A stretch of 61,859 nt of DNA, counting the filler, from an uncultured bacterium (GTDB lineage Bacteria; CAYSBA01): NCBI GenBank assembly GCA_964429075.1. It is 6 parts of 6 records of this genome, joined end to end, with 100 filler letters (N's around TTAATTAATTAA, not from the genome) between each part and the next. Parts side by side here need not be neighbours in the genome. Positions count along the whole stretch, not along the records: positions 31,327 to 41,451 come from CAYSBA010000022.1; positions 41,552 to 51,666 come from CAYSBA010000023.1; 4 more parts are not named here. One strand, 5' to 3'. The notes under the pieces were generated by a model that was given only the letters and a program-made list of their open reading frames with translations, ran no database searches and was not told the origin of the DNA. Of this stretch, positions 37,513 to 48,683 are shown one piece after another. The position numbers and the translations under genes are program-made. The first letter of the stretch is position 1. Each line of letters starts with the position of its first letter.

Positions 37513-39063
37513 TTATTCTGTCGATGGATTAAGAACCTTGATATTGGTTTCAATATTTGCACCCTTTTTAAGCATTTCAACATAATCAGAAAGTATGGAG
37601 TTTGCACGTTTTTCTTCAAGTCTGCTCCTTGTTGCATCCTTTACGGTATTGTATATGTTATCGTCCGGCAGTTGACGACTGACAACCCGTATTGCCACAT
37701 AGGAACCAAAGATCTTAAAGGGCTTGTTGAGAACCTCTGGTACATCTTTGGGTTTGAGTGAAAAGATTGCATCTGTAAGTTCTTTGGAAGTACCAAGACC
37801 CGGTATAAATTGTCTCTCTCTGCTAATCTGATCTGATTTTTCTACCTTCAGATTCAGACCCTCCGGGATTATTCCCGACTTTTTGGCCCATTCAAGACCT
37901 GTTTTGAGCCCATCTTTTTTAATTGAATGGCTGATAATGGCATCTATAATCTTTTTAGCAAGATTTTTTCTTTTTTGTTGCTCTATCTTTTTACGAGCAA
38001 TCTGTCTTTTTACCTCATCAAAGGTTTTTTGTCTTTCTTTGCGATGTTCTTCCACCTTTATTATATGGTAACCAAATGTCGTCTTTACTGGACCACCTAT
38101 TTCACCAGGTTTTAATCTAAATGCAAGATCTTCAAAGGGTTTTACCATTCTTCCCCTTGTAAAGAAACCCAGATCGCCACCTCTGTTCTTTGAACCAGGG
38201 TCTTCTGAGTACTTTTTGGCAAGTTCTGCAAAATCTTCTCCTTTTTTTGCACGTTCGAATAGACTCTTTATCAGATCCTCTTTCTCTTTACGTTCTTGAT
38301 CGGTTGCATCTTTCGGTAGTTTGATAAGGATATGTCTTGCATGTACTGCCTCTTTTTCAATGTATCTGTCTTTATGTTTGTCATATTCGTCTTTTAACTC
38401 TTTTTCATATGATTTAATATAATCATCGATCTCTTTATCATCGATCTTAATAAGGCCTGTAAGTTTGTAACCCGGTATTTTGACATACTCAAGGGTTGCA
38501 GTATCGTTACTCATGTTAAAGCTTTCCCGTACATCGCTCTCGGGTACCTTAACAAGCATTGATACAAAATCGTAAAACTTCTTTGACAGAAGAGAATCCC
38601 TCTGTCGTCTCTCAAAACGTGCGACCGATGTTTGATAGTAGTAGTTTACAAATTTTTTATATCTATCAAAAGAGAAATGCCCATTTTCCTGAAAGGTCTT
38701 ACTTTCAAGTATAAATTTTTTTAACTCATCGGGTGTTATCCTAAGTCCTGCTTTTGTTGCCTCAGCAACGATAAGGACATTTTTTACAAGTGTATCGAGT
38801 ACCTGTGATGCAAGCCCAAGCTGCCTTGCCTTTTCATTATCAAAATCAGGATTGCTCTGCTGGAAGAATCTAAAATAGTTTGAATATGTTGTTTTAAATT
38901 CATTAAGGGTTATTACCCTACCATTAACAATGGCAGCATAGCCCTTTTCTTTTCCCAGAAATCTATAGCTGGGTCCAAAAAAGAATACAAATACAAGTAT
39001 TACAAAGCCTAAGAGCAACCAGCTGAAGGCAGATGACGAAAGTTTTCTCAAAAGATCCAGCAT
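37513..39063 (-). CDS. ppiD: PpiD/SurA-family peptidyl-prolyl isomerase
   Basis: MLDLLRK plus N-terminal TM, SurA N-domain, parvulin HARHILI...FAELAKKYSED..GGDLG...FGYHII. Confidence 0.9.
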   Translation of the reverse strand: MLDLLRKLSSSAFSWLLLGFVILVFVFFFGPSYRFLGKEKGYAAIVNGRVITLNEFKTTYSNYFRFFQQSNPDFDNEKARQLGLASQVLDTLVKNVLIVAEATKAGLRITPDELKKFILESKTFQENGHFSFDRYKKFVNYYYQTSVARFERRQRDSLLSKKFYDFVSMLVKVPESDVRESFNMSNDTATLEYVKIPGYKLTGLIKIDDKEIDDYIKSYEKELKDEYDKHKDRYIEKEAVHARHILIKLPKDATDQERKEKEDLIKSLFERAKKGEDFAELAKKYSEDPGSKNRGGDLGFFTRGRMVKPFEDLAFRLKPGEIGGPVKTTFGYHIIKVEEHRKERQKTFDEVKRQIARKKIEQQKRKNLAKKIIDAIISHSIKKDGLKTGLEWAKKSGIIPEGLNLKVEKSDQISRERQFIPGLGTSKELTDAIFSLKPKDVPEVLNKPFKIFGSYVAIRVVSRQLPDDNIYNTVKDATRSRLEEKRANSILSDYVEMLKKGANIETNIKVLNPSTE

Positions 39064-39156
39064 GCGACCTGTTTATACACGATTGGTTTTTTTGTCAAAT
39101 TGTAAAAATAAAAGCTCTGTGCTAAAAATAAAATAAAACTATCCGGAGGTACTGTA

Positions 39157-40293
39157 ATGAATATTGAAAGACAGAGTGTCTCAAAGATGTCAAAAAAAGT
39201 TGTCGTCTCTGCTATTGCAATTCTTCTGGTAATCTCTATCACACAAGGTGCCTTTGCCACATCAACAATTGCTGTTGTTCCCTTTGATACAGCAACCGGT
39301 ATTTCAATAAGTACAGGTAGTGTGTTTGCTGATAGTGTGGCGGCTATGCTGTCACAGTCAGGCAGCTTTGAGGTAATGGAGCGTACCAAGCTTGCAAGGA
39401 TACTCAAAGAACATAGTTACAATATGAGTGGTATTGTTGATACTCAAACCGCTGTTGAGGCAGGAAGACTTGCAGGTATAAGATATCTTCTTTTTGGTAG
39501 TATGGGGAGGCTCGGCAATGCTATTACGATAACTGCAAGGTTGGTTGATATTGAATCTGGCAAGGTGGTGATATCAAAGGTAATCAACCTGCTTGACGAA
39601 GGTAAACTCTATCAGGCTGCACAAGAATTGGCCAACTCTCTTGTCAGTGCACTAAATGGGTCTGAAGATGTGGTATCCACAATAGTACCAGCCCTAAAAC
39701 AGCGACTCAGAAGGTTATCCAGACGAATAAGAGATATAATGGCACAAAAATTGCTAATTAACACATCGGGTATGTTAATCTCAATAAACAGTGCGACAAA
39801 GATAGCTGATTTGAGAATCAGAGGACCGAAACCTGTTCCAGGTCAGCACCTCGTTGTAGTTGCAAGGGGTTATCGAGGAAAGGAAAAAAAAGGTGAGCTT
39901 ACCGTTATAGAATGCAGGGGAAGAAGCTGTAGAGCAAAGGTAGTAGAAGGAATTTTTAAGATACACCCGGGTGATAGGATAGAAAGAGGTGGTCAGAGTG
40001 TTGTGGGTATTCTGTTTGATCCTTCCACATCACATTCAATAAGAAGATCTTTTTTCAGGATACTTTCAGATACTATCGATGGTGCAGATTTCAGGATGAG
40101 CGACAATTTAGAGAACAATGGACCACATAAGATCAATAAAGACCAACTGCATAAATTGGCTAAAAATGGTATAGATTTGTTGCTCATTGTTGATCCAGAG
40201 GGTGGGCCTGATGTAAAATCCGTAAATCTCAGGGTGTTCTCCACCCATTCAGGTATCAAACTTATTGATGAAGAGATAGAGGCAATAAGATGA
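39157..40293 (+). CDS. Exported CsgG/HfaB-like domain protein
   Basis: Signal peptide; IAVVPFD, VMERTKLARILKE, GRLAGIRYLLFGS and ARLVDIESG motifs; SD GGAGG. Confidence 0.75.
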   Translation: MNIERQSVSKMSKKVVVSAIAILLVISITQGAFATSTIAVVPFDTATGISISTGSVFADSVAAMLSQSGSFEVMERTKLARILKEHSYNMSGIVDTQTAVEAGRLAGIRYLLFGSMGRLGNAITITARLVDIESGKVVISKVINLLDEGKLYQAAQELANSLVSALNGSEDVVSTIVPALKQRLRRLSRRIRDIMAQKLLINTSGMLISINSATKIADLRIRGPKPVPGQHLVVVARGYRGKEKKGELTVIECRGRSCRAKVVEGIFKIHPGDRIERGGQSVVGILFDPSTSHSIRRSFFRILSDTIDGADFRMSDNLENNGPHKINKDQLHKLAKNGIDLLLIVDPEGGPDVKSVNLRVFSTHSGIKLIDEEIEAIR

Positions 40294-41451
40294 AAAAGAT
40301 TGTAATATCGGCAGATAATTCTGGAGATAGAAAGGTAATTTCATCCTTTCTTGCACGTTCTGATATAAAATTCATAATACCAGAAATCGATGTGTCTTTA
40401 ACAGATATAATAAGCCAGCAAAGACCTGATCTGGTTCTGTTGTTGATACGTAAGGGTGAAGACAAAGAAATATCACTTTTATCAGAGATAAAGGCAAAAA
40501 AAGATATTTCAAAAATTCCTCTTATTGTAATAGGACCACCAGACGAAAAGACCCAGGACAGATGTCTTGAGCATGGAATAGAGGGGTATCTAAAGATACC
40601 GATAGACAAGTTCAATCTAAGAAGATCTGTATTCAGTATTCTGGGTCTTCAAACAAGACAGGCTGCAAGAGTACAGGTTAGCATCCCGTGTAGTATTTAT
40701 TATAAGGGTTCTATTTTGTCTGGTACAGTTGCAGATATCTCAACCGGTGGTCTCTTTGTTAAGTTTCAGGACAGACTCAAAAGTCTCAATCCTGGCGATA
40801 ATATAAAGTGTAGCTTTGAGGTTGACAATCATGGAAGTTTTTCAATCTGGTGTAAGGTCATAAGACCTATAAAAAATTTAGACATATCTGGCATCGAAAC
40901 CATTGGAGCGGCTGCGCTAAGGTTTTTAAATGCTGATGAAGAGACTGTGCATCGTATTGAAAAGGTTGTTGCAGAAAGGCTGTTTGGTAAGGAGATAAAA
41001 GAAGCAAGAGAGATTGAGACAGTATCAGATTATGACATCACCAAGATCCTTGGAATCCTTGACAGGATCGCAAAGGGCAAAGAGATACTGGAGGATGTAA
41101 AGTTTGAGGCAGATTATATCAACCTTGATGAGATCCGACAAGAGATGAAGATAATGTACCCGTGGGAGATAGATCTATTTACAAAAAATAAGATCTACCA
41201 TCCTGCCCTTGGAAAGGAAAAGATTGCGGTCTTACGTGAGAAGGATAAATGGATAAGATTCCTTGTGGCCTTCAGGATCAAACTAAAGGCCTTCTATCAC
41301 CACTACAACAGACATTCTGTTATGGAGGATCGGCTTGAATCGGAATTTGTCAAAAGATCAAAAGAACTCCTACTGGAGTCCACACGTATATTTAACGACT
41401 TTAAGGCCTTCAAACACCTCCACAGGACAAAGGTTGGAAGGATGGGGACGG
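40290..41451 (+). CDS. Pseudo-receiver + PilZ domain protein (3'-truncated)
   Basis: REC-like N-terminus (RPDLVLLL, IPLIVI); PilZ motifs RQAAR and DISTGG. Confidence 0.8.
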
Positions 41452-41551
41452 NNNNNNNNNNNNNNNNNNNNNNNNNNNNNNNNNNNNNNNNNNNNTTAAT
41501 TAATTAANNNNNNNNNNNNNNNNNNNNNNNNNNNNNNNNNNNNNNNNNNNN
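41452..41551. other. Artificial contig linker
   Basis: N run, TTAATTAATTAA, N run. Confidence 0.99.
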
Positions 41552-44105
41552 CCTTTTTTACAAAATTTTCATTTGCAAGACGTCTTTTAATAAAGGCTAT
41601 ATCATCTTCTAACTTTTTGAGCTCTTTTGAAAGTCTCTTTATTTCATTATCCTTATTTACATATCTAAGTATCGGGACAAACACCTTCACCCTGCCTCTT
41701 ACAGATGCTGACCAACCCTCTGGTATTTCTGATTCTGAATTGACAACCTTTAGCTCTTTTAGATTCGCTAATCTCTTTATTGTCACATCGTACTGCTTAA
41801 GGATCTCTTTATTTACTCTATCTGTCAATATCCATGCCTCAACCTGAACAGAGGGAGAAATACGATTTTCACCCCTTATGTTCCTTATAGCACTTATTGC
41901 ATCTATCAGAAGTTCAACACTTTTTATGGCCTCAGTATCCATAAAATCGGATGGCTCCGGAAATTTAGCAATCACAATGCTATTGCAGTCTCTTTTTAAT
42001 GGTAGCTTTTGCCACAACTCTTCGGTAAGAAAGGGCATAAATGGATGTAGGAGTCTTAATGATATATCAAGACAATTAACCAGCATCGATGCTGTTTGTT
42101 GTTTTTTGGATATATCATTTGAGTATACTGCCTCTTTTGAAAACTCTATATACCAGTCGCAGAATTCATGCCAGAAAAATCTATAGAGCTCTTTTGCAGC
42201 CTCGTTTAGCTTAAACTCCTCTATCCTTTCATTAACAATAGTGCATACCTGATTTAGTCTTGATGCAATCCATCTATCCCATATTGCACCACTATCAATA
42301 GCAACTCTTTTTATCTCCACACCTTCTGCAGCGAGTAAAACATACTTTGTAGCATTGTAAATCTTGTTTGCAAAATTTTTATATCCCTCAATTGCAGATT
42401 CTGACAGCTTTATATCCCTGCCCTGTGCAGTCAGGATTGCAAGGGTGAATCGAAGTGGATCAGCTCCATATCTATCCATTATATCTACAGGATCAATTAC
42501 ATTCCCCTTTGTCTTTGACATCTTTTGACCCTTTGGATCCCTGACCATGGCGTGTAGGTATACCTTCTCAAAAGGAGGTTTCCCTGTAAATTTTAAACCC
42601 ATCATTATCATCCTTGCTACCCAGAAGAAGATGATATCAAAACCGGTCTCCAATATGGTGGTTGGATAAAATACCCTGAAGTCTTCTGTTTGATCGGGCC
42701 AGCCAAGGGTTGCAAAGGGCCATAGTGCAGAGCTAAACCATGTGTCAAGCACATCTGGATCCTGCTCAAGCATTTCACTACCACAAAAACCACATCTTGG
42801 AGGCTCTTTTTCCGCAACATTTACTTCATTACACTCCTTGCAATACCATGCAGGAATCCTGTGCCCCCACCACAGCTGTCGCGATACACACCAATCTTTT
42901 ATATTATACATCCAATTAAAATATGTCTTTGTCCACTCCTCTGGCACAAATCTTATCATACCCTTTTCTACAACATCGATTGCAGGCTCAGCAAGGGGCT
43001 TTGTCTTCACAAACCACTGTTTTGAGAGAAGAGGCTCAACAACTGTTCCACAACGCTGACAGGTACCAACACTGTGTCTGTAATCTTCGACCTTAATAAG
43101 AAAACCTTCTCTCCTGAGGGCTTCCACTACGGCCTCTCTTGCCTCTTTGGCATCCATTCCTTTAAAATCGCAAGCATTTTCATTCATTCGGCCATCTTCT
43201 GAAATAGCAGAAATCATATCAAGACCGTGACGTTTACCAACTTCAAAGTCAACAAAATCATGTCCTGGTGTTATTTTAAGACATCCTGTACCAAACTCAG
43301 GATCAACTGCATCATCTCCAATTACAGGGATTGTCCTTTTGGTCAATGGCAATCTTACATGTCTTCCTATGTATTTTGTGTATCTTTTATCCTCAGGGTT
43401 AACAGCAACTGCAGTATCTGCAAGCATTGTTTCAGGTCTCGTTGTTGCAACTATCACACCCTCTTTCCCATCTCCATCAACAAAGGGATAAAGGATATGC
43501 CAGAGATGACCTTCTTTTTCTTCATATATGACCTCGAGATCAGACAAAGCTGTATGACACGATACACACCAGTTGATTAAACGATAATCCCTGAACAAAA
43601 GCCCGTCTCTGTAAAGTGAACAAAATACATGAATGACTGCCCTTGAGAATCCTTCATCCATCGTAAAGCGTTCACGCTGCCAATCGAGCGATGCTCCCAA
43701 CCTTTTAAGCTGATCTGTAATTCTATTATGATAATATCTCTTCCACTCCCAGACCTTCTTGAGAAATTCATCCCTGCCGAGATCGTATCTCGTCAAGCCC
43801 TCTTTTTTCAATTCCCTCTCAACCACCATCTGGGTTGCAATACCTGCATGATCTGTACCGGGTATCCAGAGTGTATTTCTGCCTTGCATCCGTTTGTGCC
43901 TTATAAGGATATCCTGTATGGTAATTGTAAGGGCATGACCCATGTGAAGAGCACCAGTAACATTTGGCGGTGGGATGGCAATCACAAAGGGCTTTGCACG
44001 CGATTTTACATCTGCGTGAAAAAAGCCCTTATCTAACCAATAACTGTACCACTTTTTTTCAAACCTGGAGGGTTCGTATGAGCCCTCAATTCTACTTATC
44101 TTCAT
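41552..44105 (-). CDS. valS: Valine--tRNA ligase (3'-truncated)
   Basis: PPPNVTGALHMGH, DWCVSRQLWWGH, DVLDTWFSS and KMSKT motifs. Confidence 0.98.
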
Positions 44106-46212
44106 CGTCAGAAGTCGTCTTCTCCAGAAGTTTGTTTATATTTTCTTTTACAATCCGCTCAACTATCTTTGGGACAACCTCCCAAGCTATCTTCTCTATC
44201 ACATCAGAGGCTATCTTAACAATAGTCTCCCTGTCTATTGGTAGTGAATCGATCTCTTCAAGTCTAGAGCCATAGTCCTGATGAATATCATCTGGTGCAA
44301 CCTCTTTTACCACCTTTTCATCTACAAGACCTGTTGTTGGCCCTACCAGGGTAATCTTTTCTGATTCAGATTCTGTTACAGTAGTTGAAAACATCAACCT
44401 TTCTGCCTCTTTTTTAAGCACCTCTTTATCTATCTTTTTATCTTCAGACTCTGCAAAAGTTACTGTATCCTGTGTAAATAATTCCTTTTCATCACCCTTT
44501 TCTATTGACTCAGCTGAAGAATCTTGTTCTTTAACACCTATAACCTCTTCAGAAAGAGGCTCCTTAGGTTCAACTTCAGCCTCTTTATCAGATTTATCAC
44601 CCTCACTGGAAAGTTCGATCTCTTTTAGCTCATCTATAGACTTTGTCTCCTCTTCTTGTAGTTTTTTTGGCTCATCCGATATCCTGGCTGACAGATCTTC
44701 ATCTTCTAAAGACCAATCTTCTTTTATTCCCTCAACATCCTCTCCCACTAATTCTACTTCTTCTGATTTAACCTCTGTAGAGATATCGATCTTAACATCT
44801 GTAACCTTTTCATCTATATTTTCAGATTCAACCTCTTTTGTTTCTTCAAAATCCATTTCAGAGTCTAACTCTGCCGTCTTTTCGATATCGATCTCAATAT
44901 CTGATTCTATAGAAGACTCTTCATCAACTCCTTTATTCTCTGTGGTCTCTTTAGTTGAGATTGAGTCGGCCTCTATTGTTTTATCCTGTTTCTCTTCTTC
45001 AATTAATCCTTCCTTTTTTTCTACTGGCCAGTTTTGTTTTTCTTCTGACTCCTGCTCCTCTACATCAACAGAAGAGACAGCCTTATTATCTACAGGAAGG
45101 TCTATTTCCAGCTCATCCTCAACATCCTTTTTAATACCGGAGTCATCCTCAACCGGTGATCCCTCAAACACCTCAATATCTTCCTTTATTTTCTCTTTAT
45201 CTATCTCTGAGCTATCTTCTTCTAATAATCCTATATCTTCTGATGTTCCCTCTTCTAATGGTTCTTCTTCCTGGCTCATTTTGTGATCCTCATGGTCTTC
45301 TATTTCAACAATGTCCTGTGAAAGGTCTGAATTTGAAGCTGTCTGTTGGCCCTGATCAGTGATATATTGATCTACCTCTTTCAACTCTTTGTCCTTTGTC
45401 TCTATCTCTATGCTTAATTCTTCATCCGGGATATCAATATCTACCTCAATACCATCTTCTGATAATCCTGCTTTATCATCATAAGACCCTGTCTCATCTT
45501 CAGAAAATGGCGTCTGTTTTGTTTCGCTTGCTTCTGTATGAAGATCGATCTCTACATCTAAATCCTCTTTCTGTTTCTCCTTCTGCCCTTCTTCTATCTC
45601 ATCTATACTTGTATCAATCCCCTCTACCTCTTTGATACTTACATTCCACACAGAATCTTCACCGTGGACCACTCTAAAATCCTCTTCAAGGCCCTCCCAA
45701 CTTATTTTAAGTCCAAAAGGATCCTGCGAGGGTTCAGAAACAGACTCCATTGCAACTTTAAAAACCCCCTCTTCTTCAGACTGTTCTTCCTTTTGTTCCT
45801 CAAAGGGCATTTCAACAACTTCTGCGTGTTCTTTTGCCTTATCTTCCTCTTTCTCCTTCTCTTTCTTTAATTTCGGTTCATTTTCACTTATGATTTTAAG
45901 TAACTCATCGGACTTAAAGGGTTTATTTATAAAATTTACACCAGCAAGGGCTGCTTTTAGATCATCTATAAGACCTGTGAATGAACTCACCATCACAAAT
46001 AATGCTGAAGAATCTTTCAGCTCCTTAACAAGTTCTATATTGTCATGATCCACCAGACCTGCATCTAGAAAAACAATTGAATCTTTTAGCTCTTCTGAAT
46101 CAGCCTTATTAAGGCTTTCAAAGGTCTTAAGACTTACCGATTCATTTATCAGAACAAGCCTGAAGGCCTCTTTTATGATGGAACTGTTGTCAATTACACA
46201 TACCCTTTTCAC
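44092..46212 (-). CDS. romR: RomR-like polarity response regulator (REC, acidic linker, RomR C-terminal helices)
   Basis: N-terminal receiver (VIDNS, VFLD, FINKPF). C-terminal ASDVIEKIAWEVVPKIVERIVKENI matches the Myxococcus RomR C-terminus as I recall it. Directly upstream of valS. Confidence 0.8.
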   Translation of the reverse strand: MKRVCVIDNSSIIKEAFRLVLINESVSLKTFESLNKADSEELKDSIVFLDAGLVDHDNIELVKELKDSSALFVMVSSFTGLIDDLKAALAGVNFINKPFKSDELLKIISENEPKLKKEKEKEEDKAKEHAEVVEMPFEEQKEEQSEEEGVFKVAMESVSEPSQDPFGLKISWEGLEEDFRVVHGEDSVWNVSIKEVEGIDTSIDEIEEGQKEKQKEDLDVEIDLHTEASETKQTPFSEDETGSYDDKAGLSEDGIEVDIDIPDEELSIEIETKDKELKEVDQYITDQGQQTASNSDLSQDIVEIEDHEDHKMSQEEEPLEEGTSEDIGLLEEDSSEIDKEKIKEDIEVFEGSPVEDDSGIKKDVEDELEIDLPVDNKAVSSVDVEEQESEEKQNWPVEKKEGLIEEEKQDKTIEADSISTKETTENKGVDEESSIESDIEIDIEKTAELDSEMDFEETKEVESENIDEKVTDVKIDISTEVKSEEVELVGEDVEGIKEDWSLEDEDLSARISDEPKKLQEEETKSIDELKEIELSSEGDKSDKEAEVEPKEPLSEEVIGVKEQDSSAESIEKGDEKELFTQDTVTFAESEDKKIDKEVLKKEAERLMFSTTVTESESEKITLVGPTTGLVDEKVVKEVAPDDIHQDYGSRLEEIDSLPIDRETIVKIASDVIEKIAWEVVPKIVERIVKENINKLLEKTTSDDEDK

Positions 46213-46232
46213 TCCTTAAACCTCCTAATGGC

Positions 46233-46261
46233 AGATTAGCAAGCAGATTTCATATTGTCAA
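46233..46261 (-). promoter_or_regulatory. Putative sigma70 promoter of romR-valS
   Basis: TTGACA (46261-46256), 17 nt, extended -10 TGc-TAATCT (46238-46233), then AGGAGG and GTG 46212. Confidence 0.7.
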
Positions 46262-46326
46262 GATAATAAGACGATAAACATAAGATTGAGTTTTTCTGGC
46301 AATTATGTTAGGGAAATTGCTTCTGT

Positions 46327-46400
46327 GGTGAGTGTAGCTCAGTTGGCAGAGCACCAGGTTGTGGCCCTGGGGGTCGTGGGTTCAAGTCCCATCACTCACC
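46327..46400 (+). tRNA. tRNA-His(GTG)
   Basis: G-1 plus GTGAGTG/CACTCAC-C acceptor, anticodon arm CCAGG-TTGTGGC-CCTGG, T loop TTCAAGT. Followed by CCT rather than CCA. Confidence 0.95.
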
Positions 46401-46448
46401 CCTCTTTGTTGACTAAAATCCTCAATATGATACTCAATATCTAATCTT

Positions 46449-46534
46449 GCCGGAGTGGCGGAACTGGGAGACGCGCCGGACTCAAAATCCGGTGGAGCCA
46501 AAACTCCGTGTGGGTTCGAGTCCCTCCTCCGGCA
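46449..46534 (+). tRNA. tRNA-Leu(CAA)
   Basis: Acceptor GCCGGAG/CTCCGGC, anticodon arm CCGGA-CTCAAAA-TCCGG, long variable arm, T loop TTCGAGT. Confidence 0.95.
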
Positions 46535-46557
46535 TTTAATCTTTAATGGGAGAAGAG

Positions 46558-48682
46558 ATGTCCTATGATCTTGATGCACTTTTCAGGCCAAAGTCTGTTG
46601 CTGTAATTGGTGCCACACCAAAAAAAGGTACTATTGGCAATGCTGTTCTTCAGAACATTGTAAAAAGTGGTTTCCAGGGCACTGTCTATCCTATAAATCC
46701 GAAACATAAAGTAATAATGTGCCTAAAATCTTATCATTCTGTTTTAGATGTAGAAGACCCCATTGATATGGCCATAATTGTAGTAAATAAAGACAGGGTC
46801 CTTAAGGTAGTAGATGAGTGTGGTAAAAAGGGGGTCAAAGGACTTGTAATAATTACTGCCGGTTTCAAAGAGATAGGTGGAGAGGGTATTAAACGTGAAG
46901 AGAGACTGAGATCTCTACTCAAAAAATATGGGATGAGGTGTATCGGGCCAAACTGTATGGGAATTATAAATACTGATCCAGATATTCAGCTTAACGCAAG
47001 TTTTTCACGACTCTTCCCCAAACCTGGCAACATTGCCTTCATGTCACAGTCTGGTGCACTTGGGGATACCATCCTGGACTATGCGTCTGGTCTGAACATT
47101 GGTTTTAGTATGTTTGCGAGCGTTGGCAATAAGACCGATGTCTCGGGTAATGATCTCCTTCAATATTGGGAAAATGATCAAAGAACAGATGTGATACTAC
47201 TATACCTTGAGAGTTTTGGAAATCCTAAAAATTTCACAAAGATAGCAAGGAACCTCACAAAGAAAAAGCCCATACTTGCTGTAAAATCTGGAAGAACAAT
47301 AACAGGACAGCGTGCTGCAAAGTCCCATACCGGGGCACTGGCAGGTCTTGATCTTGGTGTGGATGCCCTTTTTGAACAGTGTGGTGTCATAAGGACAGAC
47401 TCGATCGAGGATATGCTGGACTGTGCAATAGCACTCTCAACTCAACCTATACCAGATGGGAACCGGGTTGCAATTGTAACCAATTCAGGCGGGCCGGGGA
47501 TCATGGCCACAGATGCTATAGAAAATATGGATCTTAAGATGGCAACTCTATCCAGACAAACGCTTGGAAGGCTAAAAAAACACCTGCATGAAGATGCAAG
47601 CCTTGCCAACCCGATAGATTTATTAGCAGGGGCAACTGCTAAAGACTATTACCACGCTCTATCTGCGTGTCTTTCTGATAAAGGTGTGGATATTGTCCTT
47701 GTAATCTTTATGCCACCAATTATGCTTGATGTAATGGCTGTAGTTGATTCCATAGTAAAGGCTAAGAAGAAATATCCNNNNNNNNNNGAAATATCCTGAC
47801 AAACCACTTTTATCCTGTATAATGAGTAATCCTGGAGAATTTGATCAGGCCTTTTATAGGCTCGAAGAGGCAAAGATACCGGTTTACAGATTCCCGGAAT
47901 CTGCAGTAAGGGCCATCTGGTCACTCGTAAAATACTCTAACTGGAGAAAGAGACCGGAAGGCAGGTTAATTGAATTTGAATATAATAAAAGTGTACTTAA
48001 TCGTTTAAAAAGATCTTTTAAGAACAGAAAGTACCTCGATTTCAAAACCTCTGCCGAACTGTTAAAGATATTTGGGATTCCCATTGTTGATTTTGAATAT
48101 CCAGAGGATCTTGACTCTGCACTCAGATTTGCTGAAAAATATGGCTACCCTGTTGTCATGAAACTCGACTCCGATGAGATACAGCACAAATCAGAGCTTG
48201 GTGGTGTAGTTGCCCATATTGATAATAGCGACAAACTGATTTCTGCCTATAGAAGACTTACAGGCCTCTGCAAAAGATACAACGCAAAGATCTTGATACA
48301 GAGACAGCTATCAGGCTATGAAACCATTATCGGCTCTATAAACGATAAGACATTCGGTGATATCCTGATGTTTGGACTCGGTGGTATATTTGTGGAGGTT
48401 GCAAAGGATGTAAGTTTCAAAATAAATCCTCTAACAGACATCGATGCAATTGAGATAATTCAGAATATAAATGGATATAGGATCTTAAAGGGTTTTAGGG
48501 GGAAACCTCCTGCAGATATAGAATATCTCAAAGAGATAATACTCAGAATATCATATATGTTAAGGGTTGTTGATGAGATTGAGTCTATGGATATAAATCC
48601 ATTTATACTGGCAGAACATGGCAGGCCATCAGGCGTTGTGGATGCCCTGATAAAGATTAAACAAAAAAAAGGAGATAAATAG
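46558..48682 (+). CDS. Acetate--CoA ligase (ADP-forming) family, fused alpha/beta; single gene split by a scaffold gap
   Basis: VAVIGAT, GPNCMG, SQSG, SHTGALAG, NPIDL and HKSELGGV motifs. GAAATATCC is duplicated on both sides of the 10-N gap; collapsing it joins both ORFs in frame (KKYPDKPLLSCIMSN). Confidence 0.9.
47778..47787. other. Scaffold gap (10 N) with 9-nt overlap
   Basis: GAAATATCC-N10-GAAATATCC. Confidence 0.95.
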
Positions 48683-48683
48683 T

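Noticed and set aside
46382..46579. 65-aa minus-strand ORF
   Set aside because: It is the antisense of tRNA-Leu and the end of tRNA-His.
47649..47830. Frameshift or pseudogene in the acetate--CoA ligase
   Set aside because: Caused by the N10 gap with a duplicated 9-mer; the frame is restored on collapse.
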